64,000 bases of DNA from Ramazzottius varieornatus (GCA_001949185.1 BDGG01000001.1:7936695-8000694), one strand, 5' to 3'; numbered from the stretch's first letter, positions 37,880-52,411 are shown. Notes: generated from the sequence alone by a model not told the origin. Program-made: numbers and translations.

Positions 37880-39350
37880 TTATGGATGATCGTTTTTGTT
37901 GGCCTGGCATGTTAAAGAAACTGTGTTTTACTCTTTAAGAGAACTACGTTTGGCTGCTGCAGAATATGGGAAAATTACAGGACAATTATTCGTTAACCCG
38001 GGTTCTCAGAACACAGTTCGAAATCACATTAACTGTTTCATCGGTTCAAATATCGCAAACTGGAATCGGTCTGCGTTCCCCATGATAGGACATTTTATTT
38101 CGTTTTGCTGATAGCTCGGATATTCGAAGTTTCTGTGCAGCTGGTAAGCTGATTCTTTTCTGTTTTTAAGGAACATACGGACCCCGTCGGAAGTTTGACA
38201 ATATGATACGAAAAGTCGGTGTGGTCGTTGGGGTTGTCACAACTGCGGCGTTTCTATTGTATATAAACTTGACAACTATCTGCAGTACTTTTTCCATTGA
38301 AAAATGCTAGACCTGGATGAGCATAACCATTCTACGAACAAGGCAGCATCTGGATATTATCATCAGTATCGAACTTGTCTGACGACGAAAAGCAGCAAAT
38401 CCAAACCTGGTTTGCATGCAACGGCTTTGTAAAGTATATGGTCAAAGCTATCATGACAGCAGAAACGCTAAGAGTAATTCCGAACGTCTAACTAGAAAGG
38501 ACATTTACAACTACCGATACCACGTTGGTAAGTCAGCGTTGGATGGGGAGTCCGAATCCATTCGTGTGCTACGAAATCTGCAAGAATTTGCTAACCGATT
38601 CCCTAACGCCAAGTGCACTATATCGACGGACGCCCGTGACGAAGCACCTGCAGATAACAGTTTTGCAGTTGACTGTATGTGCGGAATAAATACCGGGTGG
38701 TTTACCTGTGTTTAGTGCGTGTTTTTAGTGACGAGGGAACCGTCGTGTTTTCTTTTGGACAAGGATTTTACGCAGATAGCTACTATCGAGCAATTTTTAC
38801 CGTGATCCAGAGTCCTATTTTTCTCCTTTCATGACTTTCAAACCTGGAAGATCCTGATTGCAAGTCACAAGCTTAGTACAGTGGAAAGAAAAGACCCGTT
38901 TCTACGATTTCAAGACACACTGTATTCAAACACCATCCGCAACTTTGCTGCTGCTGCAAAAGCAAACAGTTTCTGGAGTACACCAATCCTGAGCTGTGGT
39001 CTTACTACGAACAAAACTGGAAAGCGTCGACCGAAATGTGGACACACGTTCACCGTAGTGGTATCCAGACCCTGGGAAACAATACGACAAACCGGATTGA
39101 GCGATTGTTTCTCACGGTGAAGAACCTTATAAAAGACTGTTTGCACAGGCTGCGTGAAACGAACTTCCGTTCACGAAATAATTATATTCCTTCTCGAAAA
39201 CATTGAAAACAGACCGATCGAATCGTCATTTGTGGAGTTCAAAAACGAACGCAACAGGTCGTTGTTGGTTAACTTCCCCATACCTGAGCTGGTTGAACTT
39301 GTCGAATCATCGGTTACATCGTTTGCTGCTTCTGTGATTGAATAGCAGGC
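37880..39350 (+). mobile_element. MULE (ZSWIM3-like) transposase remnant
   Basis: FYSLRELRLAAAEY, EHNH, LTRKDIYNYR, FLLDKDFTQI, YYEQNWKASTEMW..RSGIQTLGNNTTNRIE; heavily disrupted. Confidence 0.75.
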
Positions 39351-39359
39351 CGGATTATA

Positions 39360-40361
39360 CAGTGTGGATGGGCCAAGTGACTACCCCCTCATGATATTCA
39401 CGGCACTCTCGACTGCGTATGGGCTGGTCCTCACAACTATTTTTTCTCAATTTAGTATCCCTTTTGCTACCCCTTAAAAATAACTTGCCAAGAAGGAATG
39501 TTTAAACGAAGTCGAGAATCAACTAGAACTGCTGATTGCAAATTGTTTAACGGTAGTCTGGCTTCCAGCAAAAAAAGTGCTCTTCTATACCACTTGTTAA
39601 TTCACAGATACAGCTGCTCAGCAAAAGTGAGCCAAAATACAGGGTAAGCTCCAGGAAACAAGGTTCCTCGAAATATTTTGCATTTTTTCCGGCAGCTAAA
39701 AGCATGAACAGGAAGCCAAATCATTGTTTCATCTGAATCAAAAGCGCTTTTGGACAGACTTAGGAAAACGTGGGTGTGGCAAGGCCTTTCGCAGAAACTT
39801 GGTTCGCGGGGGTCGGTAACTTTTTCAGATTTTGAGAGAATGTCAGACAATTCCCATCTACTTGTGTGACAACGACTTACAAATCCGACACTGGAAAATA
39901 TTAGTCCAATGACGGCACCATACGAAAACCGGTCGCAAGTGAGAACTCTACGGTTAGAACATTAATTATGATTTTTTCCACGACGACTGGTATACCTGCA
40001 AAATGGTCGAATTCGACAGTCTTGATTCATTTATCAAATTAGTTTGACTTTCTTGGAATCTTCCCTATTTTCTAACGACAACCCGGATAGTTTTATCTAC
40101 GTTCAAATCAAATTAGGGAAAGATACTCGCGCATGGAGTTATAGAGCGTCCGGTATGTTCCTGCCGAATAATCTTCCTTACCGGAAGTCATTTCAATCAA
40201 ATTCTCTAACCTGGGCCTCAACGCATGCAAACGAGCTATGTCTCAGCGGAACCATCGTGAAAAGTTGCACACATTATGTGAAATGGCGAAAGAAAAGCGG
40301 GCAGTCTGATTTTTTTCTGCGCCAATGTTCCAGGTGGTAGTCATTTGGCCCATCCGCACTG
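39360..40361. mobile_element. Non-autonomous Tc1-like element (~1 kb)
   Basis: TIR cagtgtggatgggccaagtgactacc / ggtagtcatttggcccatccgcactg (CAGTG ends); TA TSD. Confidence 0.8.
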
Positions 40362-41228
40362 TATCTGTCAGATGGCAATGCTGCGACAGATTGTCATCTG
40401 ACATCATCTGCTGTGTCAGATGACAATGCCGAAAATTCTTGAGGTTGATTACTCACGGATAGCCGAACCACATCAACGTACGAAGTTGAAACTCATTCGT
40501 CCATCTGTTGCACCCGTTATGTTAGCGTGTGTTTCGGCATTGTTTGTCGTCGCATCTTTGAAGTATGGAAGCAGCTCTCGTTGCGGCTGTTCGACATGAA
40601 AGACTGTTTGAAACGGTGGTGGAGGATTTCAATTCCGAGTGATTCGAAGATGTACGTCGGCACGGCGGTTGTGGTTGCAACGCTTGGACAGAAATTTATC
40701 GGGCAATGTGGTGCTGTCAATTAGACCGTTATCAGAACACTCATCGAGGGCTGCATCATTCAGAAAAGGTGGAACTTGCATATTTTCGGATCACTCGGAA
40801 TTGAAATCCTCCCGTTTTTCTTAATCGAATTCTTCTTTTTCGTACGGTTTACCAGATAGTCGTCCCTGGTTTTCCATGTTATCCCAGTCAATTTACCAAA
40901 TCCTAGCTTCAGGAGAATATCCCAACGTTAATTCGAAAGGAGTGCCAAAACGCCTGTCACAAAACAGCGTCACAGTCAGGGTCACCAGTAACTACGCGGA
41001 AAAACTTTTTCGCCATCGACCTCACTACCAAATACCTGTATCGTGCTCATTTAGTGACGTGTCCGTTGAAATCATCATTTGAACCTACACTGTGCGTGTT
41101 TTCGTGCAAGTGCTCGTATGACTTCGACGATAAACCAGACTGGATAGCTCACCCACTTCGGTGCACTGAAAAGAGAAGAAAGAACGCCGTTTTCTTTACA
41201 TGCTCTGAATCTACTTGCTGGCGGTAAA

Positions 41229-41520
41229 GTGGACGTCGACGAGCACCAAATGCTGCATCGGAAATATGAACAGTTTCCAAGCCGACAGCTGGACACATTC
41301 CTGTGCTGTTTTACAGTTGGCAACAAACATGTCGTCACAATAGAGGACTCTTTGGCAGCGACATCTATAGCAATAGGTGATCAGTTGACGGATGAACAAA
41401 GACTAGTCCTCACGCAGCTCCTGAAAGAGTTTGTAGATGTCTTCACTACACCAGAGTTCCAAACGGAATCGTAGATGTAGGACCAATACACCTAGACACA
41501 GTTGATGCAAGAGCTATAAA
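41229..41520 (+). mobile_element. Ty3/gypsy pol fragment (protease-RT linker)
   Basis: IGDQLTDEQRLVLTQLLKEFVDVF...IHLDTVDARAI resembles the conserved LxxxQxxxLxxLLxEFxDVF..HxIxT linker. Confidence 0.6.
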
Positions 41521-41801
41521 TAATTTCTTCGACGGGACCGCGAGTATCCTGACCTTCTCTTCGCGGAAGCAGGACTCGACGCGCTCTAGGTAGATTTTCT
41601 CAACGAGCGGTTAGTCCCATATGTTTTGCTAGCGGCGATGATCCGTTAACGGCAGCTCTTTACCAGATTGCTCACCCCACGTTGACAATTCAGCGTAGCG
41701 CAGCTCGTTTCTGGACGTTTCCAGACAACGGAGAGTGCTTGGTATGCACCAATCTTTTCCAGTCGAACCATTCCAAAGGAATAAATTTCAGGCATGCTTT
41801 A

Positions 41802-44153
41802 CGAGGGGATTATGCTTGTCCTCCGCCTTTCTGAGATATTCTGACATGATCGAATGACGGAGAAGAGTCTGCTCTATCGTCTGAAACAGGCGTAGCTTGC
41901 GCAATGAAATCCTGGAAGACACTACGGGAACCGGAAGTGACGTCAGAATCTGGGCGGTACATGGTTTATTCAATCAAGCGGTTTGATTTCAGTGTTGTTG
42001 ATTCTTTATTGATTTACAAAGTTGCGCTATGCTTTAGAATACAAGCTAATCACTTGTGCTGAGAAGTTTTCTTTCCTCTCTTCTACTCCTCCCGATAGCG
42101 CCATGGAATCCGTTGATCCCATCAACATCTTAAACCTACTGCTGTCGGACTACGCGCAACATTTCCAACTGAGAGACTCTCCGAGCGAATCTGACAAGAT
42201 GTTGAAGACACTCATCAAAGGTACGAGTACTGTAAACTTCTACCGTTATGTCGATTTCCTAAAGCATATTCAAGTTTGGTCTTGTGCTGACAGACTTCTT
42301 GGACGTCCAGATCGACCAAGCTGGAAGTCCGATGTCGGCCACTGAAGATGATATTCAGTACAAGCTCTCGATTGGCGTGTCGACGTTCGATCAGCTGAAA
42401 CAGTCTATCGCTGAAACCAACCTGTTCCATGGACATAGCGAAGCACTTCGAATACACTCCGAATGATCGCCTTACCAGACCTGCTTCAAGTGGAACAGAA
42501 CCTTCTTCCCATTAGCTGTTTGTACCCCGAATCCCGAATCCGAAAGTGGCACCAAACCAGGCTGCTGATTTCGCCTACAAAAAACGTGCTGTTGGTTATT
42601 GGACCAATGTCTCTTCCAAGAGGCGTCGTAGCCTGGCCAGTGTGCAGGACAACTTTAGAAAAGTCACCAGTACTCGCCAGCTGAGAGAATGGAGAAACCA
42701 CGATGGAAAAGGAGGCTCGCGGATCGATAAGCCGAAAGCGATACGAAGACAGGAGAGAAGTTCTTGCTTGCCAAGCAAAAGCCTAACGTAGTGAAAGATT
42801 TGGATATTCAGCAGTGGACGGTTACAGCCAACCGTGAGATTGGACTTTCCGGTTCCACAGCTTCTACTCATTGGGTTGGAAAGTTCGTAACGTAAGGATA
42901 ATGTCAGACATGATCATTTACTCAATAACGTTTAAACTTTTGACGTTTGTGATCTTATCGCTCGTTTGAAGATACTATAACATCTGTGACAGAAAAATCA
43001 CGAAGTTTGTCACCGAAAATCACCTGAACGACGTACCGGACACGAAGACGAGTGCCGAAGAGTGCGTTGCCGTGGTCAGAGGAAGAACCCAGGCGTGCGG
43101 GAAAGACTGTCTGTGGAATGCCGATCAGAGTGGATTCGAGTACGAGATGAGACCAGGTCAAACTCTGGATTTCGTCGGTGCATAGCACGTTTTAGCACTC
43201 ACAGTCTGAGAACTCGATGACTCACAGCTACAAGGTTATGATGTGCGTTTCACCAGGTGTCCGCAAGTTTCTGCCCGTTCTCTTCATCACGCTGCAAGAA
43301 CCCAAAGGAATCTTCCGACCACTTGTGAAAACGTCCATGTTTAAAGCTAGTAACCTGTATGTCACTGCTTCCACGTCTGGCAAGATGACCAAGGAGCTCT
43401 ACAACGACAGGTGCGAGAAAATTTCCGTTCCGCACATGAATCAGCACTGTATATTCCTTGCTGGTTCTTGGTCGATGTTTTCTGACCAAGAATCCGTACA
43501 TGAGATCAAACCGGAAGAACCGGAATATGAAATGATCACTATACCACCTAAAGTCACCGGTCAGATTCAACCACTGGACATTCTTTCCTTCCGGATGTAC
43601 AAGGGGTATTTCAGGAAGGTTTCGAACTGGATATTCACAATCACGCGGTTCAAGTCCACCATCGGGACGTCATATTGAAAATGCATTCCCTGATTTACCA
43701 GCAGTTTACTTCTCCTAGATTTTCTAACCTCATTGCTCAAGCTTGCCATTTGTCAGGTTATGTCGACAGGTCCCTAGAATATGTAAACCCCACAAAATTC
43801 TGTTTCCAAGGACTGAGTGGTCGTTGTGACCATGATAAATGTGAGCGTTCCTTGCTTCTGAAAAGTGGATGGTGTAAAGCTCTCTATGCTTCCACCACTT
43901 TTACGAAGAATATTATTTCCGTAAGATTTACCTTCCATGATAATCTGAAGTTGAGTTTCGCATAATAAGTGAGGTCGATAAAATCAATAGGTGTGTACCG
44001 CCCAGAATTTGACGTTACTTCTGGTTCCCGTAGTGTCTTCCAGGATTTCGTTGCGCAAGCTACGCCTGTTTCAGACGATAGAGCAGACTCTTCTCCGTCA
44101 TTCGATCATGTCAGAATATCTCAGAAAGGCGGAGGACAAGCATAATCCCCTGG
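41802..44153 (+). mobile_element. Tc5/Tc4-like DNA transposon, full-length but transposase disrupted
   Basis: ~160-bp TIRs (about 6 mismatches); transposase fragments RKITKFV, WNADQSGFEYE, THSYKVM, STSGKMTK, IPPKVTGQIQPLD, and C-terminal CDHDKC..GWC..FHHF (Tc5-C-like); probable intron ~42893-42970. Confidence 0.88.
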
Positions 44154-44856
44154 TAAGTGGCGCACGCTTTAAGCGAGTAACACCAGAACCGTGCTCCACT
44201 TCAAACAACGATCATGTCCATTTCATATGTAGTGTTGAGAAGGAAAACTTGCCGGCTGCGCAGCAGTTAGTTCGCCGAGTACTGTTGCCTCCTTGTTTTA
44301 GCCTGTCGAAGAAGACGTTCGGTTCCACAGGGATCTTGTTTCGGTGTTTCCTAGCGCTACTGAAGTACATCCGAAAGACGTTCGGAGGGGTGAATAGCGA
44401 TGGATCGGCCGGAGGGAAACACCTTATCCGTTACGCATCATCGCTTCAACGAAGTAGCGCATGTCCCGTCAATATTAGTTTCTGCCCGTACTATCCGATT
44501 TTCTATTAACTAAAACAAGGAAAGGATCGCTGTGGAATGGATGCTGCTTTTCCGGCTTTGTCCAATACTTTTCTGGCTGCAACTCAAACCTTGTGAATAC
44601 GGTCAACACGGATGGTAGCAAGGAAGGACGTTTTCTAGCTTCGACAGTTCAGTCGACGACCACCTCGATTTTAAGAGGATCAAGGTCAACTCAGCACGAT
44701 GAATAGAAAGAGTCAACGGTTGAACAGGAAAAAGTATCGTTAAAAAGATCGATTTTTCAAGTTCAAGGCAACAGTTAGATCTGTTTGGCGTGCCAGCTAG
44801 ACAGAGAAGACTTATGATACGTAGAGAGAAAATCTGGGTAGCCGTTCGGTTCATAT

Positions 44857-45300
44857 TTATAGTCCGAAGTTCAAGGGAGTAATCCTGATGTTGGACGGCC
44901 GGTTCTCGGTTTTCAAGACAATATCCAAATCGCTAGCAAAGAATTCGATGCGACCGACGGTGGAAGGCTTGGGGGCGTCAGGGCCGACACAAACTATCCG
45001 GAGGAAGTGAGGTATTATTCCGATGCTTTGCAGGTTGTTTTTCAGTTGCTCGGTGGTTACGTGTTTCGGGACACCCCGAATGGCGAAGTCACGACTCGGC
45101 GGCCTCTTAGCTTGTAGTGGGTTGGATGTTATATTTTCTTCATTAGGCAGCTTCGTACCTCTCATTACAACGAGGATTGCATTTCGCGAGACAGTAGGGT
45201 TCTTGGACGGTTGGAAATTTCGGGCAGCAACGGCAGCATCGGTTAAAATGGTGACAGGCTTGTCTGAGGACACGACACGCGTTGCTGTGGCGGTAGCTGA
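44857..45300 (-). mobile_element. Non-LTR retrotransposon ORF1-like fragment
   Basis: FAIRGVPKHVTTEQLKNNLQSIGI resembles the VIxGVP..xxEI..L segment of LINE ORF1 proteins. Confidence 0.5.
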
Positions 45301-45779
45301 ACCATACTGGGGACACTACTTGTGGTGGCAGGAGGCTCATATGGCGGAACAGGCAGCCGTTGGGGGACATTCCCCACAAAGGACAAACTTTCCAAGATGG
45401 AATCTTGGCTTACCTGCAGAACTTTGACGGTTTTCTGAAGCTCAAGCTTGTCCTTCTGTAGGGATTACACGAGGCTATCCAGGCGGCTGATCTGCTAAGC
45501 TTGGTGTCGAATGTGCTCCATGGGCTGGTACATGCGGATCGGCCATATCCGGTCAAATACCTCTTTACAGCGATGCCTTGTTTTTAAACTTGTGTTGTAA
45601 CCTTTCAGAATCTCGGCCTCGGTCCCGAAAGTAAGTAGTCTCATAATCGTCAGCTTCTGTACCAGGTCATCTTTCGCTGTAGTAGATGGCTACGCCATAG
45701 CAGATAGATAACGGTCAATTGTTGACTGATTAGAAAGCACGAAATTAGATAAATGTAAATCGAGAAGCTTTGAGCTTTG

Positions 45780-46335
45780 ACGGCCTGAGCTGCAAGTTTG
45801 GTGGTGGTCATTGGACAGCGCACTGAATGAGTCACTCAAAGGTGCCTTGACTTCTGCCCAGAGCCCGGCCATCCTTGAACCTCCGGGGGTCTTCCAGATG
45901 GACATGAGACGGCCAGACGCGTGACGTATGTTACGTGGAAGAACGGTAAGGAGCTTGTCTGGGACGTCACAGTCATGGATACCCTCGCCATAACGAACTG
46001 CGCAATGTCCATGCTTAAAGTCAGAATCGCCGCCGATGACGCCGAAAAAAGATAGATTACGAAGTACCGGGACATCGGTAACCAGTTCCAGTTCTTTCCT
46101 GTCGGATTGGAGACCCTAGGACCGTGGGGACCTTCCGCGACGGAGCTGTTTGAAGTTTTCGGAAGAAAGATGGCCGAAATAACTGGCGAGACAGGTCTTT
46201 TCAGTATTTTAAGCAGCGAGTGTCAATCGAAATTCTTCGCTATAATTCTTACTCTGTTCTCAGTAGTTTTAAGTAAACGAAAGGCTTGGATGAAGTTTCT
46301 TACGCATTAGATGTCAAGAAGGGAATTTATGTTTA
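45780..46335 (+). mobile_element. CRE-like RLE non-LTR retrotransposon 3' fragment
   Basis: GLSCKFGGG..SALNESLK..AILEPPG..RRPD..WKNGKELVWDVTVMDTL..ETLGPWG..KQRVSI; close relative of the 62457-64000 copy. Confidence 0.85.
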
Positions 46336-46989
46336 GTTTCTGTTTATTATTTTCGTATCGGCGCTTCCATTTGCATACGGTGCATTTTGTGAGTGCAGAC
46401 AATTGTCTTCAAAACCCTCTAAAACACCTGCCACCACTATCCTGCGTTTATAACAGCTGTCGACAGGTTCAATAAACAATCAAACGTTTGCGTTTATGGT
46501 ATCGTGTAAAATGTACGACAAACAAGTCGCGCCACTGCTGCTTTGCTTATTCCATGTTTTACATGGTCCTGCGTAGAATGGGCGCGACCCGACCATGGTC
46601 GCAGAACCGTGCGAACATTGTCGCGCGACTATGCGACTATGGACGATGAGCCGTGGGTGGTGTCAAGAGTTTAGATATTAGTGCTGAGGGGAGCCCATCG
46701 GTGGTGCCGGTGGTGAGAGGAGCCCTAACCTATAAAACTTGAATTCGATCTGAAACAAAAACCAATGTCGATAGCTACTTTCGCATTCCACGATCCATCA
46801 GTAGACAAAATTTGGAAGATTTTTGACCAGTGCTTTGTGAGAATATTAACTAACAAGATTTGTGGACTTAACACTAGTTATAATTTAGATTGGTGCAGGT
46901 TTTGCGTGCTCGCTTGTAATATAGCTAGTCAACCGAAGAGGTCGTCAGGCTCTTCGGCCAGTCTACCAGTTTGAGCACCGCCCGCCTGT

Positions 46990-48850
46990 TCACCATCGAC
47001 GGCTATAACATGCATCGGAGAGACTAAGCAATTACAATGAAGAAAGGTGAAGGGGGCCTCCCTTTCTGCACACCATCGCATGTTTCGGCACACGTGATCG
47101 TCCATCCCGGCCCCTCAACAGCTACGAGACGCTTTTCGTGGACATCAGTTCTGCCAATCGCCGTGTACATGTCGGGGTTGTCTGTCCTCCACCATTTCTA
47201 CCAGCTGGAAAGACTTGAGAGCTGTTTAACAACATTGAAGGAATGTTGCAAAAGTACTCTGGGCATGACTTTGTGATCATAGATTTCAACATCGATAAGC
47301 TGGACCCCGACGCGTCGCACAGGAGTCTAGTGAAACAACTGTGCTAGAATCTATCCCTCATCGAGAAGGTCGATGGTCCCAAGAGAGACGCAACGTCCAC
47401 TTCCTCAAGCGGTACGAAGCTGGACCTCATGCTCCGCTCGCTATCCTCTAAATACAAAGCTGACAAGGGAGCCATCACGAACGTGTCTGACCACAGACTG
47501 AGTAAGACCGTTGCAACTTAAAGGTGTGCCCTTCCCCCAGAACCATCAGGTACCGTGTCTGGGACCCCTCTGCCATGTCGGATTTCGTCGATGCCGTTGG
47601 CCGCCACACCTTTGCCGTCCCACCTTCCGTACCTTCTACAGTCTTGGCGGTTTGTCGACGGACTGACAGACATTGTAGACCAGTAGTTTCCCTACCGCAT
47701 CAAGAGAGTCAAACATCGTAGATATCAGTGAATCACCTCAGTTAAGGCCGAGCCTAACAACGTAATGCTGCCTCCTGTACAACATCTTCGGAAAGGTGTT
47801 GCATAGTCAGCCGCTAACAACATCCTCTCAGCCGTCAGGGTTTCGGTCCGGCCACTCGTGCAAGTCTCTGTTACTGAAGGTAACGGAGGAATGGAAGAAA
47901 GCCATTGACAGGAGTTAGTTCACTGCGGTAGCGTTCCTCGACCCCCGTAAGACATTCGACAATGTCCGCCATGACCTGCTCCTGCACCCCCTGGCGCAAA
48001 TCGGTTGCAGTAGCCTGCCACTCCAGTGGTTCCACAGCTACCTGATTGGCGGACACCAGAAGGTACGCGCGGGAGAGAACTTCTCATCCACACTTCCGGT
48101 ACTTTCAGGTGTACCACAGGGTTCCTCGTTGGGTCCCCTGTTGTTCGCCGTCTACATCAACTCCATCCTCGACATCTACGACGACTAAATCGAGTGTGAA
48201 GTAGAGAGAGACCTTCGCGGACGACGCCGCAGTCTGCGTGACCGGCAAAACCGAGGGAAGAACGGTAGTTTACCTGTCTCGAGTTCTGGTCGATGTGTTG
48301 AGCTGGTTCGCTGTTCCCTCCTTTTCACTCAGTGAGAAGAAGACGGTGGCTATGTTGATTCGAGGACACCGAAAGACACGTGTGAACGATACATCGGTCG
48401 AGATCAACGGCACCGTTCCTCCCTGGTCGAGCAGCGTGCGATACTTGGGCGTAAACGTTGACTTGCACCTCACTTTGGAAAGACCACATCAAGTCGGAAA
48501 GAGCGTAACGTTCGGTATAGCCGAGATGAAGAGGGGGGGGACGAGCCGCTCCACGAAGCAGCGTGCAGTCTGGTCCGCCGCAAGTAAGACCTCGCTCGAG
48601 ACACTGTGTGAAGGAACGAATGGCCGCGAGCGCGCGATCCCCAACTACAAAGAGTCTGTTCGGCGGGAAACCATGCAGCAGCTCGGCAGCGTTCACGTCA
48701 TGGAAAGTTAGCTGCAACATCTAGCTGTCTGGCTGTTCAAGATCAGGGAGCCAGCTGCTGTATGTATTCCCCCGTACCTGGAAGACATGATCGAGTTCAA
48801 GACCCATCGAAGCCTACAATCTCAGACGAGCGGCGAAAGCGGAAGTCAAG
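46990..48850 (+). mobile_element. Decayed CR1/L2-clade LINE (APE endonuclease plus RT)
   Basis: IDGYNMHRRD, DFNID, SDHRL (APE); FLDPRKTFDNVRH, WFHSYL, GVPQGSSLGPLLFAVYIN, FADD, VRYLGVNVD (RT); many indels. Confidence 0.88.
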
Positions 48851-49087
48851 TCAGAAGAAACCACCCTGGCATCCGATTGAGTCTGTAGTAGAAATACAGA
48901 GCATCTTGTTTTGACTAGCGGTTCTCTTCGAATTTTCAAAGCTAGCATTGCCGTTTGCTTGTGTAACCGATTTGCAAAGGGTTCTGGTCCACCGGACGTC
49001 GAAGTCCTCAATTGAGGTTGTCTGCTCTCAAATAGATAAATAAATAAATTCCACGATCTCTGGATTCTCCGACAATAACTTGAAACC

Positions 49088-49115
49088 TCTTGATCTTGAT
49101 CTTGATCTTGATCTT
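49088..49115. repeat. (TCTTGA)n microsatellite
   Basis: About 4.7 perfect units. Confidence 0.9.
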
Positions 49116-52100
49116 CAATTTTGATAATACTGGGATGCACTGCATGATGAAATGTCAAATCGGTTCATACTGATATCAGAAACATGGCATTTTGAACAAT
49201 CGATCTGCTAGCTATGCCCTTAATAGGCCTGGTCGTATGTCCGCTAACAAATCTTGCAGATCCATAGGAAAGGTAGATTTTGGGAAGGACACTAATCTTG
49301 CAAGAGGACACTGATCTTTCCGTATTCGAGCCGCACCAAATCGAAACACGGCTCTGAACATCCCATTATTGTCAATATCGGCATTCCTTCTCATAAAAGC
49401 AACAATTAAGCTGTTCCATTGTGGGCTGCGTGCGAACTGTGAAATTTCACTCATGCTGAACAAAAGTGTAGCTCATGGGCGCATTTCTACCTTAGGTCAC
49501 AGATAGTATGCGTTGTACAACTCGATTTTTGATTAGCTAGTTCTGCGACTTTAACTGCAACGCTTCGCCAAAAAGACGGACTTCACGGACTGAGGTACCT
49601 CAGCTGCAGTCTCCAAATCTTCTGCGTATGCTCAACAGTTATAGGTAACACTTTTGCCGGCACAGGTCCAAGTGTTCCTAGCGGAATAGGTGCTCCGTGC
49701 CGTCGTAGCACGTGTGCCTGCCGTTTCGACAAGATAATATTACCTGCGCTCTATGGAAAAAATGGATAGCCGCAACCTAAATAACCCAAGGCAATGATCC
49801 GATTCAGTTTATCCCACTGAATGACGAGAGATACGCCACCTTCAGAGACCCGGCTGACTTGTGAGGCTGAGCCTTGTCGCCTGATATTGTATTTCAATCG
49901 ACAATGGCAGTTTAGTCAGCCTCGGGTGATGCAGAAGTGACTGAAATTTCTTCGGTTTTTTAGTAAAATAGCAGAGGAATGGTTCACTCGAAAACCACTC
50001 AAGAAAATATGAGGTGTGTCAGTATGACTTCTGGCTTGCATTCGAACACCAACTTCAAAAATTCTTCCCGTTCGGCCCTGGATATTTTTCCCGGTTTTTT
50101 ACAACTCGATTTCTGGATCTTATTGGGACCATCCATTGAGCTCTGCCGCTGTGCACTTGCTCATGTGCACTGTGGCATCGTGGTTGAGACAGTCGCTAAT
50201 GTCCAGTACGAATAATCTACTGGATAGTTTTTTCTTCCGTTTGTTCATGTTGTTTGCAATAGTCTTGATCTCAGTGATCCAGCTTAACTCGCCTAACTTG
50301 TGATAGCGCACGGTACGAAAACGTAGACGCATTACCAGAAACGGCCTCTGAAAGCACCACGAACTTAATGTTCTCCCATATGGCAGCGCAGCAGAAGTCT
50401 TGAATCGAATCAGTTGACGTAGTTCTCGATCCGTGCGGGAGATATTCTGATTCCGTAGTCGTTGGCTGAGATAGAGTAAGCCTTTGATATAACCCCTCGA
50501 CGAGCAGAGTTATCCTAACGGGAGCGGAGTCGGTCATGGTTACCCGATGACCACTGCATTGTCATTTGAAAAGCTGTCAAGTCCGGCACGAGCGTTCATT
50601 GGTTGGTAAGTGCGTATTAACGATGAACACCTGCTGGTTTTCAGCCAATGGTTAACCTACGGTTCGGAACAATAAAAGATAGGAACCACACAAAAAAAGG
50701 ATATCCGTAAAAATAAACTGATCGAATGGATTGCAGTCTGTGGTTGGACTGAGATATCAACATTGTGTCTTTGTTACAAATAGTCAGCGTTTCAAAGTTG
50801 ATTAAGTTCCACCCTATGCAAACCTTTCTTAGCCACGTGGTTCATTGTAGATAATGCAAAACAAACCGACCTGTGGCTGCGACTGTTTCAGCGATTTGGA
50901 GAACCCGGCCTAGTTGTTGTTTGTTTATTCTACATCTATTTCAGTCGTTTTCTTCTGAAAACGCGGAAAAAATATCGACCATTACTCGTGTATTGGGAGA
51001 GTAGAAAGAGCTCATCTCCACTGCAATCAGAAGTAAGTAGCGTTCCTCACGAGGTGTTGCCTCGTTGCTCCAGTCGTAAGTCTGTAACACAGCGAGAAAG
51101 TATAACCACAGTTAAAAAAACTCGTTCGTAATATATTTGACAGTTGTGGAGAGGCTTCAAAGCCGATCATGGCGGTAGATCAAAGATGCCGCCCGATGAC
51201 GTAGTCACAACACATGTTTCGGAAACTCAGAGATCTTTCTATCCTTACAAGTATAAGGATATCGCATATATGGCCTGGGCAACGAAAGAGCGAGCTTTTC
51301 GCAATAATCGCTTTAGTCTGATCTTCTTCGCTTTAAGGCTCTGGGTTTAGTAAATTCATAAGTCACGATTATTGCGAAATACACCCGGGCTATTGCCCAA
51401 TGCGCGGTTAACTCTTGGTCTTAAGGAATACGCATAATACCTACAGAAGTTAAGTCGTGAACACAGGGAAAATTCTGTACCACATAGCCATATTTGATCT
51501 TTAAATCATTTAGTTCAGAGGGTAATATGTCCGTGAAGCTCTACATTACGGTCGTTACCTAATGCCAGTAAAACTTACAAGAGAACAGGCGAGTTCGGGA
51601 GAAAGGTTTATTAGACTGAAAGCTACATGATAGGGAGACTGACGCCAAAAAACGCTATCCTCTTAAACTTGTCGAAGGCTTGCAACTTTCCAGAAACTTT
51701 TGGAATAAGCCAGGTTCCATGCCCCGATGCTAAGAAAATACCGTTCTCAAAAGCCTATCGAACAATGAGGCTGAGCGAAGGAGAGCTTGATCAATGACTG
51801 GGAAAGGAAGGTTCGAAAGGGTGGTTGCTTGAAGTGAAATTTGTTATCGTCAAATCGAATCTTGGGAGCAAGAAGCGGCTCATAACAATTTTGTTTTATT
51901 CAAGAACGCGCTTTTTCTTGTCGCATTCCCAAGGGTCCCAGTCACAGTACGTATCGAGCGAGCCTGATCACTTTCGCCATTCGAGTGAACGCCAACAGAA
52001 CGTAGCACACCATTCGTCACAAAAGCGCAACGGGCGGAGCTCGTTCGAACAGAAAACAGCATATTTTGCTCCCCGCCTCCTCCTCCCTTTCCTCCTACCT

Positions 52101-52411
52101 CTCGAACGGAAATAGCCGATGTGGAAAACCCTTCCGCGTATGGCTAAAATGGACGACTGGTTTGAGTGCCGATAACGTACAAGCTCAAGACCAAGCCGCG
52201 CGTTGCACGATTCTCGAGACGTATCCGCAAGATAAAACTCGAATGGTCTCTTCCATGGTATTATCGGTAGACGTACGACCCTAATTTTTGCAGGCTGTTG
52301 GAATTTCGATCCAGAACCTTTCGCTGCAGCGCTAGTGTTCCAGTTCAGTTCCCATACTCAATACGGCAACCTCGTGTGTCTGTCTAATGGTCTTGAGTGC
52401 TCTTTTACATA

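Noticed and set aside
41788-44509. Similar ORFs 41788-41973 (-) and 43991-44509 (+) as duplicated genes
   Set aside because: They are translations of the Tc5-like TIRs.
45650-46335. Twin-priming 5' inversion suggested by minus-strand ORFs
   Set aside because: All RLE motifs read collinearly on the + strand.
49150-50560. Possible minus-strand multi-exon gene
   Set aside because: No recognisable domain, and I could not build a consistent exon chain.
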